The position numbers and the translations under genes were made by a program. From Mobula hypostoma (Eukaryota): DNA of 64,000 nt. The notes beneath the pieces are model-generated. The model searched no databases, was not told the DNA's origin, and saw nothing but the letters and a program-made list of their open reading frames with translations. The stretch is taken from assembly GCF_963921235.1 (NCBI RefSeq), contig NC_086097.1, positions 237,276,001 through 237,340,000 on the forward strand, in the 5' to 3' direction. Position 1 is the stretch's first letter. The number at the start of each line of letters is the position of its first letter. Positions 1-12,434 of the stretch are shown here, piece after piece.

Positions 1-220
1 TTCATCTTCCACCCTTAACCCATGTCCTCTGCTTATAATCCCACCCAACCTCAATGGAAAAAGCTTGCTTGCATTTACCCTATCTATACCCCTCATAATT
101 TTGTATATCTCTAACAAATCTCCCCTCAACCTTCTGAGTTCTAAAAAAATAAAGTCCTAACCTATCCAGTCTTTCCTTATAACTCAGGTCCTCTGGACCC
201 AGCAGCATCCTTGTAAATGT
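1..220 (-). mobile_element. CR1 LINE 3' ORF2 fragment (cut by window edge)
   Basis: Reverse complement resembles the RLGL..LRGDL.E.YKI.RGIDRV..RGHG region of the other CR1 copies here. Confidence 0.7.
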
Positions 221-855
221 TATCACAATCATCACAATGTTCAATTACTGGTACTCAATTATAGAAAGCATATGCAACTATTTAATGGCCAGTTCAATTA
301 CTTTTCATCTTTCCATTTATATGCTCAGTTTACAAATCTGGTATCATCTGAAATGTGAAGCTTTTCATTTTGCCATTGTCTAAACTGGCCAGATGACTGT
401 ATGCCTTGACTGTAATCAATATGTTAATTGTGAATAACCCATTTAATTGACTCATTTTTTGTCAATATGTGAACTTGACTCATCAAGGCACAAAGCTGTG
501 TGCCAAATAATTTACATTCAATTCAACAGATCTAAAGTATTCCAACATTTTATTTATTTCTGGAAAGAATAGATATAAAAGTCCTTTGAAGGATTTTTAA
601 GTGATTGACTATAATCAACAAATCCAATCAAATTATTGACAAAAGTAATTAAAAACCAGAATATATGACTGGAAGATGAAAGCTCTGCACTTAACTTGTT
701 TGGATCTATTCCTTCAGCCTCCAAAAATTTGATCAGATGAAACCTCCTGTTGCGCATCTCCTGTTCCTTGAGCCCACTGTTATTAAAATGCAGCATCTTA
801 TTAACTTTTGATGAATTATATTTTAAACCCTGACCTCATCTTTAGATAACCTCAG

Positions 856-1245
856 TGTCATGGTCCCTTCTAGCAATCCCCCACCTTGCCATTCATCTCA
901 GCAATTGGGCTCAATCACCTCATTTAATTTCCAATCATTCCCAGGTTCCACTAACTACACACACCTGCTTCCCATCAGAAACTGCAAGATAAAGATCCTG
1001 TGATCACAACTAGGAGCTGCCAGTTCGTTGGTTGACTGTGTATGAGTAACCTTGTTCCATGGTTCTTAGGACTATCAGTTCCAAACCTAACATTTTTTCC
1101 TGAATTCTCTACTAAAACTAAGACTCTGGGTAAAGACTCTCTTGGACACCAATTCCACGCTCGTTACGACCGTAATGACTCCCGACGAGGCCTCTGTGCC
1201 CGTGTTCAGCACTTGGGTTCGTTCCACTGCCACATTCTTGCAACA
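856..1245 (+). mobile_element. Solo LTR (Gypsy-like), about 390 bp
   Basis: Starts TGTCATGG, ends TGCAACA (TG...CA); flanked by CTCAG (851-855) and CTTAG (1246-1250), a 5-bp TSD with one transition; no internal coding sequence. Confidence 0.65.
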
Positions 1246-1609
1246 CTTAGCCTATCTGAACTACAGTTCCATAATTCCTTGAAAGTGGCATCACAGGTAG
1301 ATAGGGTCACTTAGTGAATATTGGAGAGCAGCATTGATGGGAGAGGCCAGACTCCAACCCAGCACCACAGCACCTCCAATGTCTCCTTCCCTAAGTGGCT
1401 GCAACAGGCAACCCCGCGGCACGAGGCCCTGGTCCACAGTGCAGGATTCCACATTATAGAAATGAAAATTGTTGTTGATCATAGTAATTGTAAATAGGTG
1501 TAAGGCATGAGAACAGCTACATTTGGAATTTTATTTTATTATTTTGTACTTAGAGATACGAGATCATCTGGTCCAATGACCCATTCCTCCCATTTACATA
1601 CTTGACCAA

Positions 1610-1785
1610 CTAACCTACTTACCAGTACACCGTTAGAATGTGGGAGGAAACTGGAGCACCAGGAGGAAACCTACATGGCCATGGAAAGGACATACAAGAG
1701 TCCTTACAGGCATCAGTGGGATAGAACCTGGATCGCTGATGCTGTAATAGCGTTATTCCAACCGCTCTGCGACCTTGCTGCCCCA
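1610..1785 (-). mobile_element. tRNA-derived V-SINE (HE1-like) fragment
   Basis: Reverse complement of the V-domain motif GGGTTTCCTCCGGGTGCTCCGGTTTCCTCCCACA (tgtgggaggaaactggagcacc...). Confidence 0.7.
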
Positions 1786-2099
1786 ATTTCATCTGAAAAG
1801 TTCGTTTCATAAGACCATAGAATCTGAATCATTAGTTGTTTATCAAAATTAATGTGCACCTATTGGTTACAAAGAAAATTACCTCCTTGGATCCAATTAT
1901 CCAAAGAAAGTTACAACAAATTCTCTATAATCAATTTCCCTTTCAAGACAGAATGCTGAGAAAGTGAAGAGTTTCTGCCGAAATCTATCTCTTCTATAGA
2001 TTTTCCCCTCCAGGTCCAAAGAGGTTACCAGTGGAAAATTCAATAAAGCATATTGCGTTCTATTGAAAATCCCCTGAATTTGTAAGACATTACAAGCAG

Positions 2100-2320
2100 A
2101 CACCACGGTAACATAAAGGTTAGCGTAACACTTTACAGCACCAGCTGTAAGATTGGGGTTCAATTCCTGCTGCTGTTTGTAAGGAGTTTATACGTTCCTC
2201 CTGTGAGCACGTGGGTTTCCTCTGTTTCCACATTCCGAAGGTGTAAGGGTTAGGGTTAGTAAGTTGTGGGCATGTTCTGTTGGCTTTGGACGTATGGCAA
2301 CACTTGCGGACTACTCCTAG
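2100..2320 (+). mobile_element. tRNA-derived V-SINE (HE1-like)
   Basis: A/B-box-like head (ggttagcgtaacactttacag...ggggttcaattcc) followed by gtgggtttcctc V-domain. Confidence 0.7.
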
Positions 2321-2324
2321 CGTA

Positions 2325-3075
2325 TCAGGATCAAAATCAGGTTTAATATCACCGGCATATGTCATGAAATTTGTTGTTATGTGGCAGCAGTACATTGCAA
2401 TACATAATTTTTAAAACTGTAAATTTCAGTAAGAAATGTGTATATTATATATAGTTAAATAAGTAGCTCAAAAAGAGAGAGAAAAAAGTAATATAATACT
2501 GTCAGAAGTATGATTACAGAGGAGAAGGAACCATTCCTGAATCATTGAGTGGTTTTGGCTCTGTGCCCTTCCCTGATGGTAACAATGAGAAGAAGGCATG
2601 TTCTGGATGATGGGAGTCCTTCGTAATGGATGCCGCCTTTTTGAGCCATTGCTCTCGAAGATGTCCCAGATGCTGGGGAGGTTAGTGCCTATGATGGAGA
2701 TGACTAAGTTTACAACTCTCTGAAACTTATTTTGCTCCTGTGCAGTGCCCTCGGCATACCTGATGATACTGCAGTCAGGTAAAAGGCTCCCCACAGTATA
2801 TCTATAGAAATTTGCAAGTGATTTTGGTGTCATATCAAAGCTCTTCAAACTCCAACTGAAATATGGCTGCCGTTGTGCCTTTTTTGTAACTGCATCAATA
2901 TGTTGGGCCCATGATAGATCCTCAGAGAGGGTGACATACTTGAAATTGCTCACTCTTTCCACTTCTTATCTGTCAATGAGGACTGGTGTGTGTGTTTCCT
3001 CGGCTTACCCTTAATGAAGTCCACAATCAATGCTTTGGTCTTACAGATGCTATGACACCACTCAACCAGCTGATC
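2325..3075 (-). mobile_element. Degenerate Rex1/Babar-type LINE 3' fragment
   Basis: ORF 2468-2962: ERVSNFKY..LSEDLSWAQHIDAVTKKAQRQ.YF...LANFYRYTV.SLL (RT C-terminal region); (CTGATT)n-type tail near 2330. Confidence 0.75.
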
Positions 3076-3367
3076 TATTTATCTTGGATTGTGTTGGTCA
3101 TTGACGCAAAACAATGCATTTTACTGTATATTTCAATTTTCAATAAAGCTAATTATTCTCCTGCACTTCCCTACTGTGGCTTATATATACAAAAATGGTT
3201 AGGTCCTTATGCAGATTGTAGCTGAGAAAGCTCTGGAGATGGAGACACGAGAGGATGGAATGTCAATTGAGGAACTGGGTTACACAGGTCAAGCAGCAGA
3301 GGTGTCGGTAAAGCAAGATGACAGAGGGTTATAGCAAGATTTTAGCCAGTGGGACTGTTATGATCAA

Positions 3368-4348
3368 CGCTGCCCTCAGTCGTATCTCTTCCATTTCTCT
3401 CATATCTCCTCTTACCCCATTCTCCCACCACGCTACCGGGGATAGGGTTTCTCTTGTCCTCAACTGCCACCACACCAGCCTCCACATCCAGCACATAATT
3501 CTCCGAAACTTCCGCCACCTGCACCTGGATCCCACCATCAAGCACATCTTTCCCTCCTCCCTACTTTCGGCTTTCCGCAGGGATCGCTCCCTACACAACT
3601 CCCTTGTCCATTCGTCCCATTAATCTCCCTCCTGGCACTTATCCTTGCAAGCGGAAAAAGTGCTTCATTTGTCCCTACACCTCCCCCCTCACTACCATTC
3701 AGGGGCCCAAACAGTGCTTCCAGGTGAGACGACACTTCATCTGTGAGTCTGTGTTTGGTGATGCCGGTGTGGCCTCTTGTATATCGGTGAGATCTGATGT
3801 AGATTGGGAGACCGTTTCGCCAAGCATCTACAGTCCATCTGCCAGAAAAAGCGGGATCTCCCAGTGGCCACCCATTTTAATTCTCCTTTCCGTTCACATT
3901 CCGATAAGCCCATCCATGGCCTCCTCCACTGCCGGGATAAGGCCACACTTAGAGTGGAGGAACAACATTTTATATTCCATCGATTTCTCAAACTTCCAGT
4001 AATGCCTCCACCCTGACTTCACCATTTCCCATCCCCGTGTCCCTCTCTCATGTTATCTCCTTGCCCGTCCATCGCCTCCCTCTGGTGCTCCTCCCCCCCT
4101 TTCTTCTTTTTTTCCATGGCCTTCTGTCTCTTTCACCAATCAACTTCCTAGCACTTTGCTTCATCCCTACCCCTCCAAGTTTCACCTATCACCCGGTGTT
4201 TCTCTCTCCCTTCCCCCAACCTTTCAAATCTACTCCTCGGCTTTATTTCTCCAGTCCTGTCGAAGGATTTCGGCCCAAAACGTCGACTGTACTTTTTTCC
4301 ATAGATGCTGCCTGGCCTGCTGAGTTCCTCCAGCATTTTGTGTGTGTG
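3368..4348 (+). mobile_element. Penelope-like element, 5'-truncated, decayed GIY-YIG region plus 3' terminal repeat
   Basis: PGTYPCKRKKCFICPY and GDRFAKHLQS...DLPVATHFNS...LRVEEQH in shifted frames; decayed hammerhead motif at about 4256-4290; 11-bp TSD GTTATGATCAA at 3357-3367 and 4349-4359. Confidence 0.85.
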
Positions 4349-4604
4349 GTTATGATCAAAGAAGGAAAGGTCTGAAGATCAGTAATATGGGCAAGATCAC
4401 TGGAAACACATTGGTAGCCAAGGAGATGGGGGTGGTGAAGTTCATTCAGTTATTATCTATATGATTAGCTGCACATAGGTTAAAGGGAGTTTTGCTTTGT
4501 GAAACATTTCACATACTAAAGTGGACTTGTAAATATTTGTTTGAGGTTGTATGGTTTACGCAAAGCGAGCAATGCATTTCCAATGAATAGGTGTCCTTTA
4601 CGAG

Positions 4605-4945
4605 GAACAGAGTCTCTACCAAAGGAAGCGTAAGGCACTCCTTCCCTCCTTTAGCCTATAGGTCACTCATTGGGCAAGGTGTAGCACTTGTTTATTCCCC
4701 CAATCAGGGTCAAGTGAATCCATGGGAGCAGGTGGTGCGTATCACAGTCCTGGTTATGCAACCACTGACTCCAGGCAGACAATCTCTGAGGGGTATTGAT
4801 CATGGCTGGGGTCACCTAACTTATAAAGACACTACCCAGAGGAAGGCAATGGCAAACCGCTTCTACAGAAATAATTGCCAAGAAACAATCATGGTCATCG
4901 AAAGACCATGGTCGCCTACATCATACGACATGGCACATAACAAGC
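4605..4945 (+). mobile_element. Short RTE/BovB-tail-like SINE (second copy at about 50435-50735)
   Basis: Two dispersed copies share gggcaaggtgtagcac...tggtgcgtatcacagtcctggttatgc...ggctggggtcacc...aggcaatggcaaacc; the last motif resembles BovB/Sauria-SINE 3' ends. Confidence 0.55.
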
Positions 4946-5559
4946 AAACCAGGACAGGAGTTCCGGAACTCCTTCTCCAAGTTAATGTACCACTGAAAGA
5001 GCATGTACCAGAAATGATTCAAGATTCAGAAGCGTTGCAAAGAATATTTTCCAAGGGTGGAGTCCTAGATAATTAAGCTAACATTCTCCAGACAAGCCTC
5101 TATCCTTCTCAATTTATTTTCATTGACTATTTTCTATCAGCCTTTTTATACAACTGCATAGTATTCCCAGTGCAGCAAATACCTGAGAGAAGTACGGATA
5201 TGTACTTGATCATAAAATGACAAGGACAGCAGACAAAATGAGACAAGAACTAACACTTAGAGAAACAGCCTGGGATCAACGGTAAGCAATATTATTGCAC
5301 AAATACACCACATTCCTCTTTCCATGGTGTCAAAGTGAGTTATAGCCACTGCTGGATGTCAAGCACTGCAGGTCTACCCCATTAGCAAGTTGCTGGATAG
5401 CGATGGAACGGGACTTGTTGCGTATCATGCTATCACCTGGACTCATTGCGGACCATTGTTACGCGGAGGTGGTGCGCTGTCCAACAAACAGGGCAAATGA
5501 TTGCCTTGGGCACTTTTATTGTGACCACAAGACCCTGTTGGACGTTGGTAAATTGTATT

Positions 5560-5715
5560 TATCCTTTGGACTGTGGGAGGAAACTGGGGCAACTGGAGGA
5601 AACCCACACAGTCATGGGGAGAACGTACCAACTCCTGACAGACACTGGCAGGAAATGAACCCGAGTCTTTGGTACTGTAAAGAGCTACACTAACCACTAT
5701 GCTACCATGCCACTC
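5560..5715 (-). mobile_element. V-SINE fragment
   Basis: ctttggactgtgggaggaaactggggcaactggaggaaacccac...taaccactatgctaccatgcc. Confidence 0.7.
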
Positions 5716-5719
5716 CATG

Positions 5720-6275
5720 TGGAATACTGCAAGTCCCATGCACTGGTTCATTGGCCAGAACAAGGCCTGGGTAGCTGTTCCCAGTTGTTGCGCGGATCAG
5801 TCCCTCATGCTGCACTGATGCTTGTTGGAGCCGCCCAAGAGAGGAGAGGCTGGAGGTGGTGTGACAAAGAACAGAAGCCTCTGTGGTTGCACTGGAATCC
5901 ATGTTGGGTTGCGGGATGGACTCCCCCACTGGTGCTGCCCTCAAGTGTTCGATCGGTGAAGGACAAGCTGGATTGCGTTCATCAGCAGGTGCACTGTTGC
6001 ATGATGAGGAAATGCTGTGTGCTTGATCTCGGAGAAACATGGCTCCAGGACAATATCCCATGAGCCATCCATCTACAGGCCATGCCACTCAGAGACTTGG
6101 GCTGGATTATTTTTTGTGACTATGTTTTTCTGCTATTTCTATCTGTGCCAGATGTCCTATGTGCTGTGTGCTGTTTGTGACTGTTGGTACTGTGGTTTAC
6201 ACCTTAGCCCCAGAGGAATACTGTTTCATTTGCTGTATTCATGAGTATGGTTGAATGACAATTGAACTTGGACTT
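5720..6275 (+). mobile_element. Internally deleted Rex1-type element (endonuclease N-terminus joined to 3' UTR)
   Basis: LPSSVRSVKDKLD...MRKCCVLDLGETWLQDNIP parallels LPSLIMGNVRLLGNKIDEL...VMCFTETWLHEDIP of the Rex1 at 19.5 kb; runs straight into a 3' UTR also seen at about 38820-38950. Confidence 0.6.
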
Positions 6276-6413
6276 GTCTCATCTATCTTAAATGGAATAA
6301 CATGAAAAATAAACAGCAGATGGGAAATGAATATCAAATATTTGTTTCCAGGCTTCGCAAGAATACACAGAGACACAACTTTCTGTGCTGTAGTACTCTG
6401 TGACTTTAATAAA

Positions 6414-8772
6414 AACATAGAGACATAGACAACCTATAGCACAATACAGGCCCTTCGGCCCACAAAGCTGTGCCGAACATGTCCCTACCTTAGAAATTAC
6501 CTAGGGTTACCTATAGCCCTCTATTTTTCTGAGCTCCATGTACCTGTCCAGGAGTTTCTTAAAAGACCCTATTGTATCAACCTCCACCACCCTCTCCGGC
6601 AGCCCATTCCACGCACTCACCACTCTCTGCATTAAAAAACTTATCCTTGACATCTCCTCTGTACCTACTTCCAAACACCTTAAAACTGTGCCCTCTTGTG
6701 CGAGCCATTTCTGCCCTGGGAAAAAGCCTCTGACTATCCACACAATCAATGCCTCCCATCATCTTATACACCTCTATCAGGTCATCACTCACCCTCTGTC
6801 GCACCAAGGAAAAAAGGCCGTGTTGACTCAATCTATTCTCATAAGGCATACTCCCCAATCCAGGCAACATCCTTGTAAATCTCCTCTGCACCCTTTCTAT
6901 GGTTTCCACATCCTTCCTGTAGTGAGGTGACCAGAACTGAGCACAATACTCCAAGTGGGGTCTGACCAGGGTCCTATATAGCCACAACATTTCCTCTTGG
7001 CTCCTAAACTCAGTCTTTCAACTGATGAAGGCCAATTCACCGTACACTTTCTTAATTACAGAGTCAACCTGTGCAGCAGCTTTGAGTGTCCTATGGACTT
7101 GGACCCCAAGATCCCTCTGATCCTCCACACTGCCAAGAGTCTTACCATTAATACTATATTCTGTTATCATTTTTGACCTATCAAAATGAATCACCTCACA
7201 CTTATTTGTGTTGAAATCCATCTGTCACTTCTCAGCCCAGTTTTGCTTCCTATCAATGTCCTGCTGTAAATTCTGACAGCCCTCCACACTATCCACAACA
7301 CCTTCAACCTTTGTGTTATCAGCAAATTTACTAATCCATCCCTCCACTTCTTCATCCAGGTCATTTATAAAAATCACGAAGAGAAGGAGTTCCAGAACAG
7401 ATCTCCGAGGCACACCACTGGTCACCGACCTCCATGCAGAATATGACCCATATACAACCACTCTTTGCCTTTAGTGGGCAAGCCAATTCTAGATCCACAA
7501 AGCAAGGTCTCCTTGGATCCCATGCCTCCTTACTTTCTCAATAAGCCTTGCATGGGGTACCTGATCAAATGCCTTGCTGAAATTCATATACGCTACATCT
7601 ACTGCTTTAACTTCATCAATGTGTTTAGTCACATCCTCAAAAAATTCAATCAGGCTCATACAGCATGACCTGCCTTTGACAAAGCCATGCTGACTATTCC
7701 TAATCATGTTATACCTCTCCAAATGTTCATGAATCTTGCCTCTCAGGATCTTCTCCATCAACTTACCAACCACTGAAGTAAGACTCACTGGTCTATAATT
7801 TCCTGGGCTATCTCTACTCCCTTTCTTGAATAATAGAACAACATCTGTAACCCTTTAATCCTCCGGAACCTCTCCCATCCCCATTGATGATGGAAAGATC
7901 ATCGCCAGATGCTCAGCAATCTCCTCCCTTGTCTCCCACAGTAGCCTGGGGTACATCCCGTCCGGTCCCGGTGAGTTATCCAACCTAATGCTTTCCAAAA
8001 GCTCCAGCACATCCTCTTTCTTACTATAAGTCATCCTTACAATCGCCAAGATCCTTTTCTGTGTGAAATCTGAAATAAAGAACTCATTATGTACCTCTGC
8101 TATCTCCTCTGGTTCCATATGCACTTTTCCACTGTCACACTTGATTGGTCCTATTCTCTCAATATCTTATCCTCTTGCTCTTCACATACTTGTGGAATGC
8201 CTTGGGGTTTACCATAATCCTGTCCGCCAAGGCCTTCTCATGGCCCCTTCTGGTTCTCCTAATTTCTTTCTTAAGCTCCTTGCTGCTCGCCTTATAATTT
8301 TCTAGAACTCTATCATTACCTAGTTTTTTGGACGTTTTGTAAGCTCTTCTTTTCTTCTTGACTAGCTTTACAACAGTCTTTGTACACCACGGTTCCTGTA
8401 CCCTACCATCCTTTCCCTGTCTCATTGGAACATACCTATGCAGAACTCCACGCAAATATTCCCTGAACATTTGCCTCATTTCTTCGGTACATTTCCCTGA
8501 GAACATCCTGCCTGATAGCCTTATATTTCCCCTTACTCTAATTAAACGCTTTCCTAACTTGTCTGTTCCTATTCCTCTCCGAGGCTATGGTAAAAGAGAT
8601 AGAAGTGTGATTACTATCTCCAAAATGCTTTCCCGCTGAGAGACCTGACACCTGCCCAGGTTCATTTTCCAATACCAGATCAAGTACAGCCTTACCTCTT
8701 GTAGGCTTATCTACATATTGTATTAAGAAACCTTCTTGAACACACGTAACAAACTCCAACCCATCTAAACCC
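6414..8772 (-). mobile_element. CR1 LINE, 5'-truncated, ORF2 broken by stops and frameshifts
   Basis: ORF pieces QHGFVKGRSC, VTSGVPRRSVL, KFADNTKV, LVRPHLEYCAQFWSP; (TTCTATG)n-type tail near 6415. Confidence 0.93.
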
Positions 8773-8942
8773 CAGTCATCGATGTTGCAGAGGAAAAGTA
8801 GGGGACAGTCACCAGTGTAGGCTTGAACAAAAATTGTTCCGTGTAGCCGACAAACAGGCAGGCAGAGCTGGGACCCATGTGAATGCCCACGGCTACCCCT
8901 TTTGTTTGAAGGAAGTGGGAGGACCCAAAGGAGAAATTATTC
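8773..8942 (-). mobile_element. Penelope-like reverse transcriptase fragment, inverted relative to the adjacent GIY-YIG piece
   Basis: Reverse complement NNFSFGSSHFLQTKGVAVGIHMGPSSACLFVGYTEQ...FLCNIDD = PLE RT motifs (GVAMG..MGP; YIDD-like). Confidence 0.8.
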
Positions 8943-8959
8943 TTCTATCTCCGGAAATA

Positions 8960-11640
8960 GCCACACTTCCCCGGTGAATCTGTTAGGGGCCATATACTGT
9001 GTTCGGTGCTCCCGGTGTGGCCGGATATATCAGTGAGACCCGACGTAGATTGGGAGACCACTTCGCCAAGCACCTACGCTCCATCCGCCAGAACAAGCAG
9101 GATCTCCCAGTGGCCACCCATTATAATTCCACTTCCCATTCCCATTCCGATATGTCCATCCATGGCCTCCTCCACTGTCGGGATAAGTCCTTACTTCAGG
9201 TGGAGGAACAACACCTTATATTCCATTTGGGTAGCCTCCAACATGATGGTATGAACATCAATTTCTCAAACTTCAAATAATGCCTCCCCCACTTCCCAAT
9301 TTCCCATCCCCTTGTCCCTCTCTCATGTTATGACGGTGGATATGCAATGGCAAGCATTTAAAGGTTGCATGGATGAACTACAACAATTGTTCATCCCAGT
9401 TTGGCAAAAGAATAAATCAAGGAAGGTAGTGCACCCGTGGCTGACAAGAGAAATTAGGGATAGTATCAATTCCAAAGAAGAAGCATACAAATTAGCCAGA
9501 GAAAGTGGCTCACCTGAGGACTGGGAGAAATTCAGAGTTCAGCAGAGGAGGACAAAGGGCTTAATTAGGAAGGGGAAAAAAGATTATGAGAGAAAACTGG
9601 CAGGGAACATAAAAACGGACTGTAAAAGCTTTTATAGATATGTAAAAAGGAAAAGACTGGTAAAGACAAATGTAGGTCCCCTGCAGACAGAAACAGGTGA
9701 ATTGATTATGGGGAGCAAGGACATGGCAGACCAATTGAATAATTACTTTGGTTCTGTCTTCACTAAGGAGGACATAAATAATCTTCCAGAAATAGTAAGG
9801 GACAGAGGGTCCATGGGATGGAGGAACTGAGCGAAATACATGTTAGTAGGGAAGTGGTGTTAGGTAAATTGAAGGGATTGAAGGCAGATAAATCCCCAGG
9901 GCCAGATGGTCTGCATCCTAGAGTGCTTAAAGAAGTAGCCCAAGAAATAGTGGATGCATTAGTGATAATTTTTCAAAACTCGTTAGATTCTGGACTAGTT
10001 CCTGAGGATTGGAGGGTGGCTAATGTAACCCCACTTTTTAAAAAAGGAGGGAGAGAGAAACCAGGGAATTATAGACCGGTTAGCCTAATGTCGGTGGTGG
10101 GGAAACTGCTGGAGTCAGTTATCAAGGATGTGATAACAGCACATTTGGAATGCAGTGAAATGATCGGACAAAGTCAGCATGGATTTGTGAAAGGAAAATC
10201 ATGTCTGACGAATCTCATAGAATTTTTTGAGGATGTAACTAGTAAAGTGGATAGGGGAGAACCAGTGGATGTGGTATATTTGGATTTTCAAAAGGCTTTT
10301 GACAAGGTCCCACACAGGAGATTAGTGTGCAAACTTAAAGCACACGGTATTGGGGGTAAGGTATTGGTGTGAGTGGAGAATTGGTTAGCAGACAGGAAGG
10401 AAAGAGTGGGAATTATCGGGACTTTTCAGAATGGCAGGCGGTGACTAGTGGGGTACCGCAAGGCTCAGTGCTGGGACCCCAGTTGTTTACAATATATATT
10501 AATGACTTGGATGAGGGAATTAAATGCAGCATCTCCAAGTTTGCGAATGACACGAAGCTGGGTGGCAGTGTTAGCAGTGAGGAGGATGCTAAGAGGATGC
10601 AGGGTGACTTGGATAGGTTGGGTGAGTGGGCAAATTCATGGCAGATGCAATTTAATGTGGATAAATGTGAAGTTATCCACTTTGGTGGCAAAAATAGGAA
10701 AACAGATTATTATCTGAATGGTGGCCGATTAGGAAAAGGGGAGGTGCAACGAGACCTGGGTGTCATTATACACCAGTCATTGAAAGTGGGCATGCAGGTA
10801 CACCAGGCGGTGAAAAAGGCGAATGGTATGCTGGCATTTATAGCGAGAGGATTCGAGTACAGGAGCAGGGAGGTACTACTGCAGTTGTACAAGGCCTTGG
10901 TGAGACCACACCTGGAGTATTGTGTGCAGTTTTGGTCCCCTAATCTGAGGAAAGACATCTTTGCCATAGAGGGAGTACAAAGAAGGTTCACCAGATTGAT
11001 TCCTGGGATGGCGGGACTTTCATATGAAGAAAGACTGGATGAATTGGGCTTGTACTCGTTGGAATTTAGAAGATTGAGGGGGGATCTGATTGAAACGTAT
11101 AAGATCATAAAGGGATTGGACAGGCTAGATGCAGGAAGATTGTTCCCGATGTTGGGGAAGTCCAGAATGAGGGGTCACAGTTTGAGGATAGAGGGGAAGC
11201 CTTTTAGGACCGAGATTAGGAAAAACTTCTTCACACAGAGAGTGGTGAATCTGTGGAATTCTCTGCAACAGGAAACTGTTGAGGCCAGTTCATTGGCTAT
11301 ATTTGAGAGGGAGTTAGATATGGCCCTTGTGGCTAAAGGGATCGGGGGTATGGAGGGAAGGCTGGTACAGGGTTCTGAGTTGGATGATCAGCCATGATCA
11401 TACTGAATGGCGGTGCAGGCTCGAAGGGCCGAATGGCCTACTCCTGCACCTATTTTCTATGTTTCTATGTTATCTCCTTGCCTGTCCATCGGCCCCCTCT
11501 GGTGCTCCTCCCCCCTTTTTTTTCTTTCTTCCATGGCCTTGTCTCTTTCACCAATCAACTTCCTAGCTCTTTGCTACTTCCTTCCCCCTCTAAGTTTCAC
11601 CTATCGCCTGGCGTTTTTCTCTCCCCTCCCGCCCTTTCAA
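8960..11640 (+). mobile_element. Penelope-like GIY-YIG fragment split by a CR1 insertion (8960-9331 and 11474-11640)
   Basis: YISETRRRLGDHFAKHLRS...HGLLHC...EEQHLIFHLGSLQHDGMNINFSNFK; its 3' UTR resumes after the CR1 exactly as in the uninterrupted copy near 4040. Confidence 0.85.
9332..11466 (+). mobile_element. Young 5'-truncated CR1 LINE, RT domain with frameshifts
   Basis: ORFs 9312-9830, 9818-10372 and 10369-11397: KSPGPDGLHP, NYRPVSL, QHGFVKGKSC, GVPQGSVLGP, KFANDTKL; TTCTATG tail; ATGTTAT duplicated at 9325-9331 and 11467-11473. Confidence 0.95.
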
Positions 11641-11854
11641 TTTAAGCTGTACCACATGCATTGTTAATATCGGTTTTGCAGACTGGAGTAGCCCCAAAAT
11701 CTTGCTGTCTTGAGCACTGACAATAAAGTCCTTTCCTATTCTATTGTATTATAAATAAATCATAATAGAATCGGTGAAAGACCACACCAACAGGGCAACT
11801 AGTGTGCAAAAACAAAAAACAACAAACTATGCAAGTACAAAAAGAAAGAAAAAA

Positions 11855-11928
11855 ATAATAATTAACTAACAAACAAACAAACAAACAAATAAATAAATAA
11901 ACAAACAAACAAACAAACAAGCAAGCAA
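11855..11928. repeat. Compound (AAAC)n/(AAAT)n microsatellite
   Basis: Directly visible. Confidence 0.9.
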
Positions 11929-12434
11929 TTAATGTCAAGAAAATGAGATGAAGAGTTCTGGAACTCAGACCACGTTTCTGTCATTAGTTGCACCAGACAC
12001 TATGTTGATGAGGTAGGAAGACTAGATTGTGCCCATGACAGCACCTGGTGAAGAGTCAATATTACACTAATTTGATGACAGCTCCATTGTTTCCATTTTA
12101 GTATCATGTCCAAATATCCTACATTCAGCAGCAGGAATGACCGCTCTGTCAGCACGAGTTAAATAGAGCAACTACGTACGCGGCAGATTTCAGAATCAGG
12201 TTTAATATTACTGACATACGTTGTGAAATAAGTTGTTTTAGTACAGCAGTACATAGCAATAAATAAAATAAAACCTATAAATTACCATAAGAAATACATA
12301 CAAATATAAATTATATTAAGTAGTGCAAAAACAGTGAGATAGTGCTCATGGGTTGGTTCATTGTCAGTTCAGAAATCTGTTGGTGGAGGTGAAGAAGTTG
12401 TTCCCACAATATTGAGCATGTGTACTGCAGGAAG

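Noticed and set aside
1885..1910. SNYPKK-like peptide as the next CUB exon
   Set aside because: It is on the plus strand (wrong strand) and has no surrounding CUB similarity.
2100..2175. tRNA gene
   Set aside because: A/B-box-like head runs into a V-SINE body; no complete cloverleaf.
4591..5076. 161-aa ORF and many other 60-180 aa ORFs in the track
   Set aside because: They overlap SINE/LINE remnants, antisense frames or low-complexity DNA and show no recognisable host domains.
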